Made by a program: the position numbers and the translations under genes. Shown piece by piece: positions 47,287 to 63,610 of a stretch of DNA of 64,000 bases. The notes beneath the pieces were generated by a model, which did not search any database, had not been told where the DNA came from, and saw only the letters and a list, made by a program, of their open reading frames with translations. Origin of the DNA: the human T2T-CHM13v2.0 reference genome, Homo sapiens; NCBI RefSeq assembly GCF_009914755.1, contig NC_060933.1. One strand, given 5' to 3'. The stretch's first letter is position 1. Each line of letters opens with the position of its first letter.

Positions 47287-48544
47287 GTATATGAAAATTT
47301 AAGTTTCTTGTTTAATATTGGGTTTTGCTTTTTTGCTTTAGTAACAAAGCATAGTCCAAATGACATGACCTTTTAGACTATACCTTTAGAATCCGATAGG
47401 TCATAATTTTATATTTAATTTTTAAAACATTTTAACCAGTTATGAAACTTAAGATATTCTTACTATCTCTAGTAACTATTCGTTATTCTGGTAATTCTTA
47501 CTATCTCTAGTAACTCATAGCTATCTTTACCCTTGGAATTGAGGCAAGACATTTTCAGAATTATCTTGCTCTTTTATTTTTATAACCTTACTCGTAATAC
47601 AGAAGGTAACATGAAATATTGGGTCATATTATTAAGGAATAGAAATTATGAACAGTTTAACCACAATGGCCACTGAGTTAAACTAGTGTTAAAGGAGTCA
47701 TCATTGCCAGTGGTTCAAATGTTGCAGTTTTATATTGCTGGTCACCAGTGCCGAGGTTAAAGATTTACTCTGTTTTGTGGTCACCATTTGACTTCTGTGT
47801 CTGTGTTCAGGGAGTGAATGGGGTCATAAAAGTCAACCCAGTTGCCTATTAAGAGAATCCTACCTTGTGGAATGGGACCTTTGGTGTCAGGGTACAAACA
47901 ATAACTTTATTTTGACATAAATACATAGTAAATGTTACTAAAATTTAAAAAATCCATCCACTATCACTAGTGGAACTTAAAATATATTAGAAGTGGATAT
48001 AAGCAGATAATCCATCTAGATACATAACACTATCATACTATATTATTTGAATTAGAATTTAAAATTTTGCTTCCCTTTCTTATTGGTGTTCAGTTTGGCT
48101 CTTAATAATTCAGTGTTTGCCTAGTCTCTAGTTAATCTTCAGAAATATACACGTACTGTAGGGGCTCACTTTTTCTGGTATGCTGAGGTAAAATCTTTGT
48201 AAGAGAGGAAGATTTTATAATACTACCTATCAGCTTTGAATTCATTTCTGGTAGATTTTACACATAATGCATTAAGTTTAATCCAAACAAATGCTAAGAG
48301 TTCAGCTTGCCAGTTCATTTTTCTGTCCTATGTTAAGCCAAGGCAAATTATTTTTCACTTTTTAGTTACAATCCCATAATTTAAGAGTGGCAACACATAG
48401 ATTAAGTTTCACAGTTAAATTTTAATTATTTTCTAGTATTTTTGTTTATACTTGATTAAAGCTAATTTTAAAACATGCACTCTGACAGAAAAGACATCTG
48501 AGAAATAAAACAAGCAAATTTGTTTTCCATTTTGCACCTGCCAA

Positions 48545-49590
48545 AAAAAAAAAAAGTCTCAAGAACCAGAACTGGGTAAGAATTGTGATAAAGGGAATAA
48601 TCTGTATATTCACGACTTTCTTTAAAATTCTTTACAAACAAGTTCAAGCTGAATATTGGTGAAAGTTTTGAAAACTCCAGAATTACTGCTTGCCCTGAGG
48701 AAGAGCTCCTACATAGTAACTCTAAAGAGGGACGAACAAAAAAGGAGTGCCCTCTAATCTGATGAATCAGGTCCCTGATTGTGAGGAGGAAGATGCATCT
48801 GGAGGGTCTAACTCTGTGGCATTCCAGGCAGCGCCTGAACAGAAGAAGCCCATGTCAAATGTCTTTTTATTCCATTCATACTCCAGGTCCCTGAAATACA
48901 GTTACCAGTCATCTTCTAAGCTTCATTTAAATGAAAATAAATCAGACTATAAAAATGATAGCAAACCAGACACATAGCTTGTTTCTAACACAGATGATGA
49001 AAATTTTTGTAATGATACAGAAACCAAAAAATTAAGGAACCCAGTAATTATGATTGAAATGAAAGATGATTAAGAGTTTGACATGCAAATGGCAAAAAAT
49101 GTAAAACCAGATACCACTAATTGGAAATTGGACATTAGGCATTGGCCTCAGTCTAGAGATCCAGAAAGTCTTTTTGATTTGTTGTTTACCCACCCCAAAG
49201 AAATGAAGCATATGATTCAGATAGAAAGCCACAGTATTTCTGCTGCTACAGATACTTACAAAAACAGAAAACCAATACAGCGTTTATTCCAGCAGCCACT
49301 ATATGGCAATCCCAGTGCTAACAACTACAGAAGCATGAATCTTGAATTATAAAATGTGAGTTATTCTTTGCCACATAGTGAGAGAACATCAAAAATATAG
49401 CTAGAAGACTTATGGGAAGATATTCCAAGGTCACCAACATGGCACATGAATAGATATGTAACAAACCTGCATGTTGTGCACATGTACCAGAACTTAAAGT
49501 ATAATAATAATTAAAAAAAAGAATGAGGTAGGCATGTTACAAGTTGAGTTCCTGGCTTTGGAGAAAAGCAAGTCCAACTTCAAAAAGACA
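48545..49590 (+). pseudogene. Decayed CCDC144-type large exon inside intron 12
   Basis: Fragments KSQEPELGKNCDK, ACPEEELL, PSNLMNQVPDCEEEDAS, QSSSKLHLNENK, RNPVIMIEMKDD*EFDMQMAKN, KNEVGMLQVEFLALEK are collinear with the recalled CCDC144A large exon. Contains stops, frameshifts and an L1 insert. Confidence 0.78.
49432..49520 (+). mobile_element. L1PA 3'-end fragment (~90 bp)
   Basis: caccaacatggcacatg...gtaacaaacctgcatgttgtgcacatgtacc.gaacttaaagtataataa + A tail. Confidence 0.88.
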
Positions 49591-51344
49591 GAGGTTCACT
49601 TGCTGCTTCTTTTTCCTCTTTATCAATTATTTGATTTAGTCAAATTTTCTATTCAAGAAAATCTCATGTGTACAGTTACAGTGGGGTTATCTAAATGTGT
49701 AATTATGTGTCAAAGTAGATTAGTTCTGCTATCTAAATAATGGTTCTGGAGAATGTTCTCATAATGTTTGTTCATTAATCAACCTATGTCTCACTATCAG
49801 TCTTCCAAGTGGCGTATGAGCTGGGAAACTAATTCAGCCATATACCATGTGACCTTCTGAACCAGATCAACATAAAGAAATTGCTAAAGAAACAAGCTCT
49901 AGATTCTAGATTCTTTTTTCTGTATTCATTTAGAGATGATTTACATTTATTTAATGATAGAATGGGAATACAATGGGAGGAAAGCAATGACTGAGACAAG
50001 CCACAAAAACACGTCTAGCCTTGAGAGTTGCAACGAATATTCCCAGCCAAATGAGTCTGTTTAATGTATTTTCATGCATGCAAGTTTATCTGCTTAGCTC
50101 AAACTGTTTGAACTTACAGTCCCATCATGGTTATTTCCAATATTTTTGAAAACAAACATATACTTACACATATTTTAAAAAATCACCACTCTGCAATATT
50201 TCTGTTGAATCAGACCTTACATTATGTTGTTTAATAAAGTATGGTAAGTTTTGGCATGTATGATTTTTATCATATAAGAAGCATAATTTCTTAGCCAAAA
50301 ATTTAGCCTTTGACTCTTTGGTAGAAAGTTGAGTTCTGTACATTTTGTTCTAAAGATAGACAAAAATCTAGAGATTTTCTTCTTTCAAAGTAAAAGCAGA
50401 TGAGGCCTTTTTCCACCCTCTGAGGCATTAAATTGCTTTGCTCAAGTTAGACTTTTAATATATCTGACTAATTTGATAAATCTATCTGGTAATTTATGTA
50501 ATTCAGCAATATGGAATTGTATCATGTTATATGGTGCCATGAAATGCTAGTGAATGCCACCTCAAGAGCTCTGGATGAAACATTTAATATGTCTTGGTTG
50601 GTTTGACTCCCATTATCAGTAGATAATGGGGTTAAAGTAGGTAACTGTACCATATGTTTTCCACCTATAAACTTTTGTGGTAATTGAATGTGAAATCTGG
50701 GAAGCATCTCATTTTCCAGAATTCTGCACTAGAAACTCAGCAGTTTCACTCTGCTTCTTTTGTTGTGGCAAACGTTGGTTCCCATAATTCAAAGAGAACC
50801 TTTACTTTTTTGATATCACAGGATTCAAAAAAAAAAAGAGAGATAAAAGGCAGTGGGGAAAAGAGTAGCTCAGTACAGAAAAGGGAAAACTTCTTTACTG
50901 TTCCTGAAGGCCTACAAGGTCACATCCTCTTAATCTGGCTATTTCATGTAAAATCCAGGTAGTAAAGACAGAAGACATATGTTATGCCTGTGTCTTTTTA
51001 TTTCTCTGTTTCTGCCAGCCAGATAGCATAAAAATTTATACCAGATAGCAAAGAGTGGATGGGAATAAAAGCACAAAATGGAGAAGAGCCCTTTTTGAAA
51101 TTTTAGAAAATTCTTCTATTCCCTCAAACAGAAATGAGCAGATTTGACAAAAATTTCGATGATAAAATAAGAGTATCTTACAATTATAATAATTATGTAT
51201 AATGATAAAATTAAAGTAAGCACAAAATACTTTTATCATTAAAGTGGTGATAGTTAACCTGAATCAAGTAAAAAAAATCAGGGAAAAAGTTCTTTTTATT
51301 GAATAAAATAATAACAATTATTATTCATCTTACTTTTATTAAAG

Positions 51345-51508
51345 GTCAAAGAAGGAAATAATACAAACAAAAGTGAAAAAATACAACTTTCAGAAAATAT
51401 ATGTGATAGTACATCTTCTGCTGCTGCTGGCAGATTAACCCAACAAAGAAAGATTGGGAAAACATATCCTCAGCAATTTCCCAAGAAGCTGAAGGAAGAG
51501 CATGATAG
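51345..51508 (+). pseudogene. ANKRD20A: ANKRD20A exon 13 (164 nt)
   Basis: VKEGNNTNKSEKIQLSENICDSTSSAAAGRLTQQRKIGKTYPQQFPKKLKEEHDR, aag| and |gtaagc. Confidence 0.93.
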
Positions 51509-51524
51509 GTAAGCCTATAGCAGT

Positions 51525-51862
<338 letters not shown>

Positions 51863-52922
51863 GCCTATAGCAGTATTTCACAGGAGATAATTGTCATTGT
51901 GCTATAAACTAATTCAAAGTTGGACTAATATTCCTTATGATTAACAAGTTTTATATTTTTACCAGGGGTAATTAGCCCTGCCTGGTAATCAGAAAAATGC
52001 AAATTAACATAAAATAAGATATATTTTGTAAAGTCATGCTGATATTTAAAAAGTAATTATTAGTGTTGGCAAATGTGAGGAAAAAGGCATTCTCATACAC
52101 TGTTGGTATAGGAAATTGGTAAATTATTTCTGAAGGGTAACTTAGTGCTGTGTATCAAAATTTCAAATAGCCTGACATCCCTTTAACTCAACAACTCCAC
52201 TTCTGGGACTAGATTTCACAGGAAAACATAACTGGTGTAAACATACACACGCTTATTAAGGGCGTTAATTATATATTACACATAATGAACAATAGGTTAA
52301 TGAATATATAAAATATATGTAATAAGAAGGTGAATTGAAAGTATTAAGAAAGAATTATAAAAAGTGTGGGGAAACAGATGTTAGACTCTTTAGCCTAGTT
52401 TTGGATGACAGTCATCTGCAGATATAGTTTGTGTGAGAGACATCTGAAGGTGTCATCTCACTCTGTAAATCATTTGGAGAAACACCTGCAATATTTCATA
52501 AAGATGAAAATTTATTTCTAGTGAACTTATACGCTTGTCAATAAATAGTAACTTTAAAAATTTAGTTGATTGTAAATGATCTTTTCTAATTAGGGAGTAA
52601 TTATGACTGTGTGATTTAAAAAGGTAATTTTGAACCTGTAACTTCACTGAATTATCTCCGGTATCCTTTTTTATAATATATATTAGTGTGACTAGTAACA
52701 AAAACTTTAGCAGAATATTCTTTCCTTACTACTTTTCAAGTATATGCATTCTTTTGAAGATGTTGAAGTGAGAAATTAAATATCTGAGAACTGCAAAGGA
52801 AAAATAATCCAGAATATAGAAATTTTATTAGGATAATAAACAATGTCTGCAGAGGTATATCACAGGATGAACTCTTTATTTTTTAACAAAATGAATTTTA
52901 AGATAAATGTCTTTATCTGTAG

Positions 52923-53103
52923 ATGCACCTTAAAACAAGAAAATGAAGAAAAAACAAATGTTAATATGCTGTACAAAAAAAATAGAGAAGAATTAGAAAG
53001 GAAAGAGAAACAATATAAGAAAGAAGTTGACGCAAAACAACTTGAACCAACTGTTCAGTCACTAGAGATGAAATCAAAGACTGCAAGAAATACTCCAAAT
53101 CGG
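52923..53103 (+). pseudogene. ANKRD20A: ANKRD20A exon 14 (181 nt)
   Basis: CTLKQENEEKTNVNMLYKK...SKTARNTPNR (within ORF 52843..53181), tag| and |gtaaat. Confidence 0.93.
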
Positions 53104-54270
53104 GTAAATCAATCTTTGGTAAAAATTCTATATTTTAAACTTTATCTTCTCACTGTTACTTATAATATCCACTTGATTTAATATATATTGTTTAGGTCTA
53201 AAACCAGAAATGTTATCTCATTTTTAAAAATGAATGATGACACTTACAGGTACAATTATTAATATTTATTATAAATCTTGGCATCCACATAGGATATTAT
53301 TTTATTACAAAGAGCTTTTGAAAACAATAATATGCCATAATATATACTTAGTGATAACCTATTGATAAAAATTTTGTTCCAGGTAAAATTTTTCCTTGTA
53401 CTTTCCCCTATTTCATATTGATTACTGCACCTAATATTATAAAGAGGAAACAGAAATTATTGCAATCACAAATAATCTCATGATATTCTAAGAAGAGCTC
53501 TATAAATTTTATCTTATTTACTATTGGTGTTTTGAAATAAAAGTTTTCTTTCGTATTGACGTATTTACACCACAGAAGTAACTGTGATCTGTTGGAGAAC
53601 TAGAAGTAGAGTCAGAAGTCCTGGGGAAAATCCTGTAGCTTGCTTATATTTTTAACATTTCTTTTTCAAAATTGTGGTAACTAGATGAGTTCATCAATGA
53701 ATGTATATAGGAATGACTAGTATAATGTCTAGTTTATGATTTAGTGAATGTAATTCTTATAACTGACTATAAAAGTGTTAAAAGAGTCAAACTGAAATAG
53801 AATGTTATCAGTGAAACAGAGCTGTAATAACTCTGGGAAATTTTATCTGTCCAAATACGTGTGAACAAAAGTTCTTACTATAGGGTGGTGTATGGGTTAG
53901 ATATCAAAGTGTAAATGCAATTTTTTGATATATCTTAATTTAGTCAAATTTGTTAATGCTTTAATTTATGCTTTTGAGTTTGTTGTAATTCAGGGAAAGG
54001 CTTTTCCAATTCTGATATTCTTAAAAATTCTCTGGTGTGCGTGTGTGTGTTTACTTTTATAAATTCATTGACTCTAAATACATTTCTGAACTTTCTGGAA
54101 TTTATGCTCTATAAGGTTCAAAGTTTTGCTTCAACTTTTTCTCCAGGTGGATATCCACTTATGGTAAACTTTTTAGTGTACGGATGTGCAGGTTATTCTT
54201 TAACTTCAGAGGTAATCATGATATGTTATTTTATTGAGTACTAGCTAAAACTTTCTTTTGTTTTATTTAG

Positions 54271-55243
54271 GATTTTCATAATCATGAAGAAATGAAAGGT
54301 CTGATGGATGAAAATTGCATTTTGAAGGCAGATATTGCTATACAGAGACAGGAAATATGTACAATGAAAAATGACAACTTGGAAAAAGAAAATAAATATC
54401 TTAAGGACATTAAAATTGTTAAAGAAACAAATGTTGCCCTTGAAAAGTACATAAAACTCAATGAGGAAATGATAACAGAAACAGCATTCCGGTATCAACA
54501 AGAGCTTAATGATCTCAAGGCTGAGAATACAAGGCTCAATGCCGAACTGTTGAAGGAAAAAGAAAGCAAGAAAAGACTGGAAGCTGACATTGAATCTTAT
54601 CAGTCTAGACTGGCTGCTGCTATAAGTAAACACAGTGAAAGTGTGAAAACAGAAAGAAACCTAAAACTTGCTTTAGAGAGAACACAAGATGTTTCTGTAC
54701 AAGTAGAAAGGAGTTCTGCTATTTCCAAAGTAAAAGATGAGAATGAGTTTCTTACTGAACAACTTTCTGAAACACAAATTAAATTCAATGCCTTAAAAGA
54801 TAAGTTCCATAAGATGAGATAGTCTCAGAAAAAAGTCATTGTCTTTAGAAACTGTACAAAACGACCTAAGCCATACACAGCAGCAAACACAGGAAATGAA
54901 AGAGATGTATCAAAATGCAGAAGCTAAAGTGAATAATTCCACTGGAAAGTGGAACTGTGTAGAAGAGAGGATATGTCACCTCCAACGTGAAAATGCATGG
55001 CTTGTACAGCAACTAGATGACGTTCATCAGAAGGAGGATCATAAAGAGATAGTAACTAATATTCAAAGAGGCTTTATTGAGAGTGGAAAGAAAGATCTCG
55101 TGCTAGAAGAGAAAAGTAAGAAGCTAATGAATGAATGTGATCATTTAAAAGAAAGTCTCTTTCAGTATGAGAGAGAGAAAGCAGAAGGAGTAGTAAGTAT
55201 CAAGGAAGATAAATATTTTCAAACTTCTAGAAAGAAAATTTAA
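54271..55243 (+). pseudogene. ANKRD20A: ANKRD20A exon 15 coiled-coil coding part, with -2 frameshift and TAG at 54820-54822
   Basis: Two consecutive ORFs (54292..54822 and 54839..55243) are the two halves of the known C-terminus. AAG ATG AGA TAG replaces ...KTRDSLRKKSL. Normal stop TAA at 55241-55243. Confidence 0.93.
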
Positions 55244-55304
55244 ACATTTGGTTCTGGATACATGTTGAACTTAGTTGAATATAAAAATCTAGATAAAAAG
55301 TGTG

Positions 55305-55590
55305 TTTACCATACTGTATAATTCCATTTACATGAAGCATCCAGAAAAGATAAATGTATAGGGACAAAAAGTAGATTAATGTTTGCAAGGGGCTGGGGTT
55401 GGAAGCTGGTAGTGACTGCTAATGGGCATGAGGAATCTTACAGTGATGGAAATGCTCTAAAGTTGGATTGTAGAGATGGCTGCACAACTCAGTAAATGTA
55501 CTAAAAATCTTTTAACTTTAAGTTAAAACAGATACATTCTATAGTATGTAAATTATATTTCAACAAAGCTGTTTTAATAAAAAAAGGAAA
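55305..55590 (+). mobile_element. Old L1M (L1MB-like) 3' end
   Basis: atactgtataattccattta...gtgatggaaatgctctaaagttggattg...gtatgtaaattatatttcaacaaagctgttt. Confidence 0.75.
55576..55581 (+). terminator. Candidate poly(A) signal for the ANKRD20A terminal exon
   Basis: AATAAA ~330 nt after the normal stop, at the 3' end of an old sense L1. Confidence 0.45.
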
Positions 55591-56723
55591 AATGTGTTTA
55601 CTATATCGGCTTAGAAACATGCCTCATTTCTAGGAAATAAAAGATAGAGGTGAGAGATGATTTACTTTGAGAAAAGACATTGTGTCACCTATGAAATTTT
55701 ATTAGGCACAGAGTCATATTTTAAGGTAGATAGTTCTGTACTGCTGAAATAGTAATTTTAATGTCTTTACGTTGCCACATGTTAAGACCATAATGTAGTT
55801 ATAAATGGAAATGTTTACACCTGAAGTATTTTCAAATTAAAATTTAATTAAGTGATTTTCTTCGACACTTAATTCTAGATTCCCCAGATGAATTGAAGTG
55901 TATTGCTGTGTCTTGTAATACCTTGCTTTAACTAGCTTTTTATGTATTTTAGTTGGTATAGCTTTGTTATTATTCATATTAATTTAACAAATCTGAAAAT
56001 ATGTCAAATTACGTATTTTTATGACCACGTAATGTTTTAAAGGCACCTACTTGTTATAAAATCGTAATTTAGGATAAATGTGGTAAAACTTAGCAAAACT
56101 ATATTTGGTTTAGTCTTCCCACTGCTATTTATAGTTTACTTTGAATATTTATATTAATAATTAGCTCATAATTTTTATTTCAAGGCTCAATGACTATCAT
56201 TGGAATATAATTTTGTTCAGTACAAAGATACTTGTAGCTGTCTGTGATTTACGAGTTAAGCATTAAATCTCCATTTTCAGACTGAGGGGTGGCAGGCTTC
56301 ACATACAGTGGGAATGGAGTAATTACAGGAGGGAGTTGTAGGAGCTTTGAAGTCAGAGAGGGAGGTAGAGGCCTTTTTACCTGGGGCCTCAAAGGCCATT
56401 GGAATTTTACTTTTATTCTGAGATAGGAATCTGTTGGAAGGATTTGAACAGGTGATTGAATATGTTAGGAACTTTGAGGCTGAGTTGAGCTTCTGAGATG
56501 ATTGAATGTTGGAATGAATCTGTTGTGTAAGTAAGAGAATACCAATTTGGCAGGAAGAGAACATATTCTGCATCCTTCACTGAATTCAGTAATAAATAAA
56601 AATGTGTAGATGTGATTAAAAGAAGATGAATTGATATGTGTGGTGATAATTTTCAAAGTAGATATGTTAGAATTAAACATTATTAACATAATTTAATAAT
56701 AAGGCAATTTATAAAATCAGTAA

Positions 56724-56924
<201 letters not shown>

Positions 56925-57290
56925 TAGCTAGTTGAATTATATAACGTGTTTTAGGATACTAATTTTGGCAGAAGCTTGATTTTTTATTTTCATTATAATG
57001 AATGATTTCCATTTTACTATCTTTATAATGTACTTATTTTTTTATATTGTGACTTTCATTCTACCATTTTGAAAAACCATTGCATACCTTTTCTCTTACA
57101 ATATGTACCCTTGGAAAAGTTGAGAATTATACATCATTCCTCATAGAAAATTGACTTTTTTCCTGTTAAACAGTATTTTTAAGTAATTTTTGTATTGCTC
57201 TGATGAGGCAGGCCAGATTAAATCAGAGGAGAATGTTTCATGGAATGTTCCAGAAAATTGTCTTATTTCTTCACTTTTGTGAATGGACAC

Positions 57291-57404
57291 AGAATCTGTG
57301 TCTATTTGTTTCACAGATTCTAGGTTAACTTGTACAGAAAGGCCATTAGAATCTGTGTCTATTTGTTTCACAGATTCTAGGTTAACTTGTACAGAAAGGC
57401 CATT
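57291..57404 (+). repeat. Perfect 57-bp tandem duplication
   Basis: agaatctgtgtctatttgtttcacagattctaggttaacttgtacagaaaggccatt x2. Confidence 0.97.
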
Positions 57405-57584
57405 ATACTATTCTTTGAAATGTGCATGTTTTAGGTTAATTTACAAACTATTTGAAAAGTTAGGCATTTTCTTTATCTATCTTTTATTTAAAATATACTG
57501 TAAAACTGTAGAAATATTTAGATTTGATATAGCATGTACATCAAAAATTAAGAGTTGAGAAAATTATCTTGATCCTGCCTTTGG

Positions 57585-58080
57585 ATTTTAAAAAGATTCA
57601 CTGAGATGTCATTCACATATCAGACAGTTCAACCATTTAAAATGTACAACTCAGTGTCTATTAGTATGTTCACAGCATTTTCATCACCCTGAAAAGTGAT
57701 CCCACATCTCTTAGGCATGACTGCAGCCTTCCTCCATGTCCCTCCACCTACCCCTGTAGTAGGCAACCACCGTCTACTTTTGTCCCCATATGTTTGCCTG
57801 TTCTGCATATTTCATATACATAGAGTTATACAATATGTAGTCCTTTGTGACTGGCTTTTTCACTTAGCATAATGTTTTCAGAATTCATGCATGTTTTAGC
57901 ACACATTCGTAGTTTATTTCTTCTTATAGTTAAATGATATTCTATTCCATGGCTATACTGGTTTTCCATTAATTCATCAGTTGATGGACCTTTAGGTTAG
58001 TTTCCACTTTTTAGCTATTATGAAAAATGCTGCTGTGAACATTCACTTACAGGTTATTATGTGGACACGGGTTTTTATTT
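57585..58080 (-). mobile_element. Old L1M 3' fragment
   Basis: ttgtgactggctttttcacttagcataatgttttc...tccactttttagctattatgaaaaatgctgctgtgaacatt. Confidence 0.75.
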
Positions 58081-59169
58081 CCCTGCCATTGGACTTTATC
58101 CTCAGAGTTAATTGGGCAGATTTCAGCACTTGTCTTGCTCATGCTATCCTTTCTGCCTTCTCAGTTTCTGTTCATCTAGCCTCATTCATTCAGACCTGGC
58201 AGACAATTTTTTTGTTTTCATGAAGCTTTCTCTGACTGTTCTGTCATTGACCTTATGTGTTAGCAATCGTTGTCTAGTCTGTGCTGAAAAACTTAGTCCT
58301 TAATTTTACATGGCTTTTATTTTTTTATGGAAGATAATTTTCTCTCATTATAAATTTGCTTAATGGGGGAATAATATATAATATGTATGCCACCTATCCT
58401 TGCATACATTGAAAATATTTTAGCTTAGAAGTTTGTAGCATACAATTCAATCCTTTATACCATACCAATTATTTCTTCTTTGAGACCTTGACATAGTAAG
58501 GTTATATTCTAAATATATTTTTAGCAATTAAATATCAAATCTAACCCAATTAGTCTAATACAGGAGATGCGTTCAATCACGTGTTTATGTTTTTCTCTCT
58601 ATGAAAAAGAATCTAAATTGGCCTTTTTTCACTATGCAGCCATTACTGTGTTTCTGGACTGCTCCCAGTCTGTCAGCTGAACAGTTCTGGGTGCAGCTTG
58701 TCTGATGAAGGATAGCACAGCCCCTCAATCTGTGTGCTCAGCAGAGTGCTTGTGAAGGCAGCACCACAGCAACAGTTGCTCAGAGGGAACGGATTCAGGA
58801 GCCTTGACTTAGCAGTAGAGTCCAGGGTTTTCAGCTCAGTGTCTTTAGCCTGTCTCTGCTGGTCATGTCAGTTACGTACTATTCCATCCAGGAGGTGCTA
58901 TTTACATTGTAGTACATACATAGTCATTGCCTAATGAGTCATACAGAGAGAAAAGTAAGTTATAAATTATGTCCCCCATTTGCGGCAACTCTCAGTGTTA
59001 AGAATGATTCAGTGCAGCTATAGGAGACTACTTCCATTGGCATGCCACCTGCGTAAAATACACAATTTTGTTAAGATATACAATAAAATTATTATGCTAA
59101 TAGCAAATATTTTATGTAGCTCACTATGTTCCATGTAGTCTTCTAAGTGCTTCATGTTAGTCCCCAGTT

Positions 59170-60950
<1,781 letters not shown>

Positions 60951-61733
60951 GCAGAGGGAGCATTTGGTCACTGCTCTGCTGAGTAAAGCAGGATAAAGTA
61001 CTTGATGACCGTTGGACTTTTTTATTGGAATTATTAAAAATCAGATTTCAGTATAAAAAACACAATAATTGATGAAAAAAGATTTCTGAATGAGACCATG
61101 TGTCACAGAGTCCAATGGAAGGGGAGAAACAGGATAATAGAAAAGCCACAAAAAGTAGACAAAAGTTGTTTTTGTTTATTATAGAAAAAATAAACTTTGT
61201 TTAAAGAGAAATGGTTAAGAGAAAGGGAAAAACTGAAACCTATGGGTGAATACTTAGAATGACAGTATTTAGCTCAGCCTGAAGACAGATGAGGATGAAA
61301 AATGTAATGGGAACTAGATAAGAGTTTTCTAAAATTTGTCTTAGTAAGATGTAATTTAAGAAAACTTGGAATATCTTAAACTATTAAAAACAATATTTCT
61401 AGAGCATCTTTAAAAACTAAAATGTAAATATAACTACTCCTTTTTTTTTTTAACTAACCCTTAGTATTTTGTGTGTAAAAACCCTCATTTGTAACAAACA
61501 TTGTTGGCAGTTTAAATTTCGGAAAAGATAATGATGAAAATTTGAATCATTTTTAGCAGTTTTAAGAAAAGTGACTATTATTGAAATCTGACCTTATTGG
61601 CATCAGGTTTATAAAATGCACTTTATACACCTGCCTAAATACATATTACTCATCCACTTATGAGAAATAATATTTTTGAGATAAAAGAGGGTCTCCAGAT
61701 TTTACAAAAATAATTTTAAACACTTTTTTTAAG

Positions 61734-61846
61734 CCTAAAAAAGAAAATGAAGAATTAAGAAAACTTTTTGAGTTAATACCATCACTGAAGTATAATGTGA
61801 ATCGAATAAGAAAGAAAAATGATGAATTAGAAGAAGAGGCAACTGG
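61734..61846 (+). pseudogene. Downstream ANKRD18-type exon B (113 nt, open)
   Basis: aag|PKKENEELRKLFELIPSLKYNVNRIRKKNDELEEEATG|gtatgg; phase 0 to 2 fits neighbours. Confidence 0.82.
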
Positions 61847-62087
61847 GTATGGTTTTCATATTGTAGAACATGTTAGCCCTTTATTAATTGATTTAACTCT
61901 AATTTTACTTGATTAAAACCTAGATACAAATTCATTTTATGTTTGCATTTTCATAATTAAATGAATTCTATTTTAAAATGTATTTCAGAAACTCACAGCA
62001 CAACTTTTTAGACATGTGTGTCATGGGGGCGGGAGTCAGCTGAGCTGCTGGGGCAAGGTGAAATTTTTTTTGAATGCCAAAATATTC

Positions 62088-62367
62088 TTTTTTTTTTTTT
62101 TTTTTTGAGAAAAAGTCTGGCTTTGTTTCCCAGGCTGGAGTACAATGGCGCGGTCTTGGCTCACTGCAACCTATGCCTCCAAGCAATTTTCCTGCCTCAG
62201 CCTCCTGAGTAGCTGGCATTACAGGCATGTGCCACCACACCTGGCTAGTTTTTGTATTTTTATTAGAGACGGGGTTTTGCCAAGTTGGTCAGGCTGGTCT
62301 CGAATTCCTGACCTCGTGATCTGCCCGCCTCGGCCTCCCAAAGTGACATGAGCCACCATGCCCGGCC
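62088..62367 (-). mobile_element. Alu
   Basis: Alu consensus with small internal deletions. Confidence 0.87.
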
Positions 62368-63256
62368 ACTTATTCTTTAATGATTTTGAAAACAATGACC
62401 ACACCTTGGACATATAATGTCCAGTGCACTCTTCATTATCTAGTTTGAATTTTTATTTCTGAAGATATTTTTTGCTGTCTGTGGTCATTTTTTCTTCCTT
62501 TTGTAGTATCCTCTGCTGCATTCAAATGGTTTAAAGAAGACCTGTTTGTGTCATTCTTTAACATCAAATTTATCTTGATATGTAGCTTATATTTTGTTTC
62601 TGCTTCTTTTTCTTTTAGATATAAAACATGGAAATTTACTCATTGTACATGAGTACCTCTGTTGTATACATGAAGTATACATGTTATTAAACTTGTTTTA
62701 CATAAATAAATTTCATATATATAAAAATATATGTATAACTTAAAAAGTAAAATGAACATTCATGTTTTGATCACAGATTTTTTTAAAAAACAATGGAATC
62801 TGTCTTTGAAGCCCTGAACACAGCTACTTTTCTATTTATTTACTGAGCACTTAATTTGGTTTTCTGATTAGAATCAACATTTTTCTGTCATTGCCTTTCT
62901 CTACATGGTTTTGTATCTCTTTCATTTTGTTGACATTATGTCAGCAAAGATGTCTAGATCTCTTCTTCAAAGTCTTTAAATCGTCACACATCTCTCTGCC
63001 CCTTTCCTTTTTTCTAAAACTGCCTGTATCCTTTTTCTCCTCAACTCAGATATTAAAGATGTTTTCTTCTCTTTTTCTACATTGAATGATCTCCTTGATG
63101 CTTTTTGTGTGTACTTTTTTTTTCTTCTGATAGACTGTGGTCAGTGGGTATCAAAATGTACTTTTGTGTCTTTTTAAACGTATGTGTTTTACTTTTTTAT
63201 CTTGGTTACTCATCTCTGGGTTATGGCTTATATTTAGTAATAGATGATTTTACTTA

Positions 63257-63610
<354 letters not shown>

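Noticed and set aside
48488-48514. Possible tiny fossil exon (cag|AAAAGACATCTGAGAAATAAAACAAG)
   Set aside because: Loosely resembles a KTS.EKNK family exon end but is too short and has no GT donor.
57283-57558. ORF with repeated ESVSICFTDSRLTCTERPL peptide
   Set aside because: By-product of the 57-bp intronic duplication; no splice or start context.
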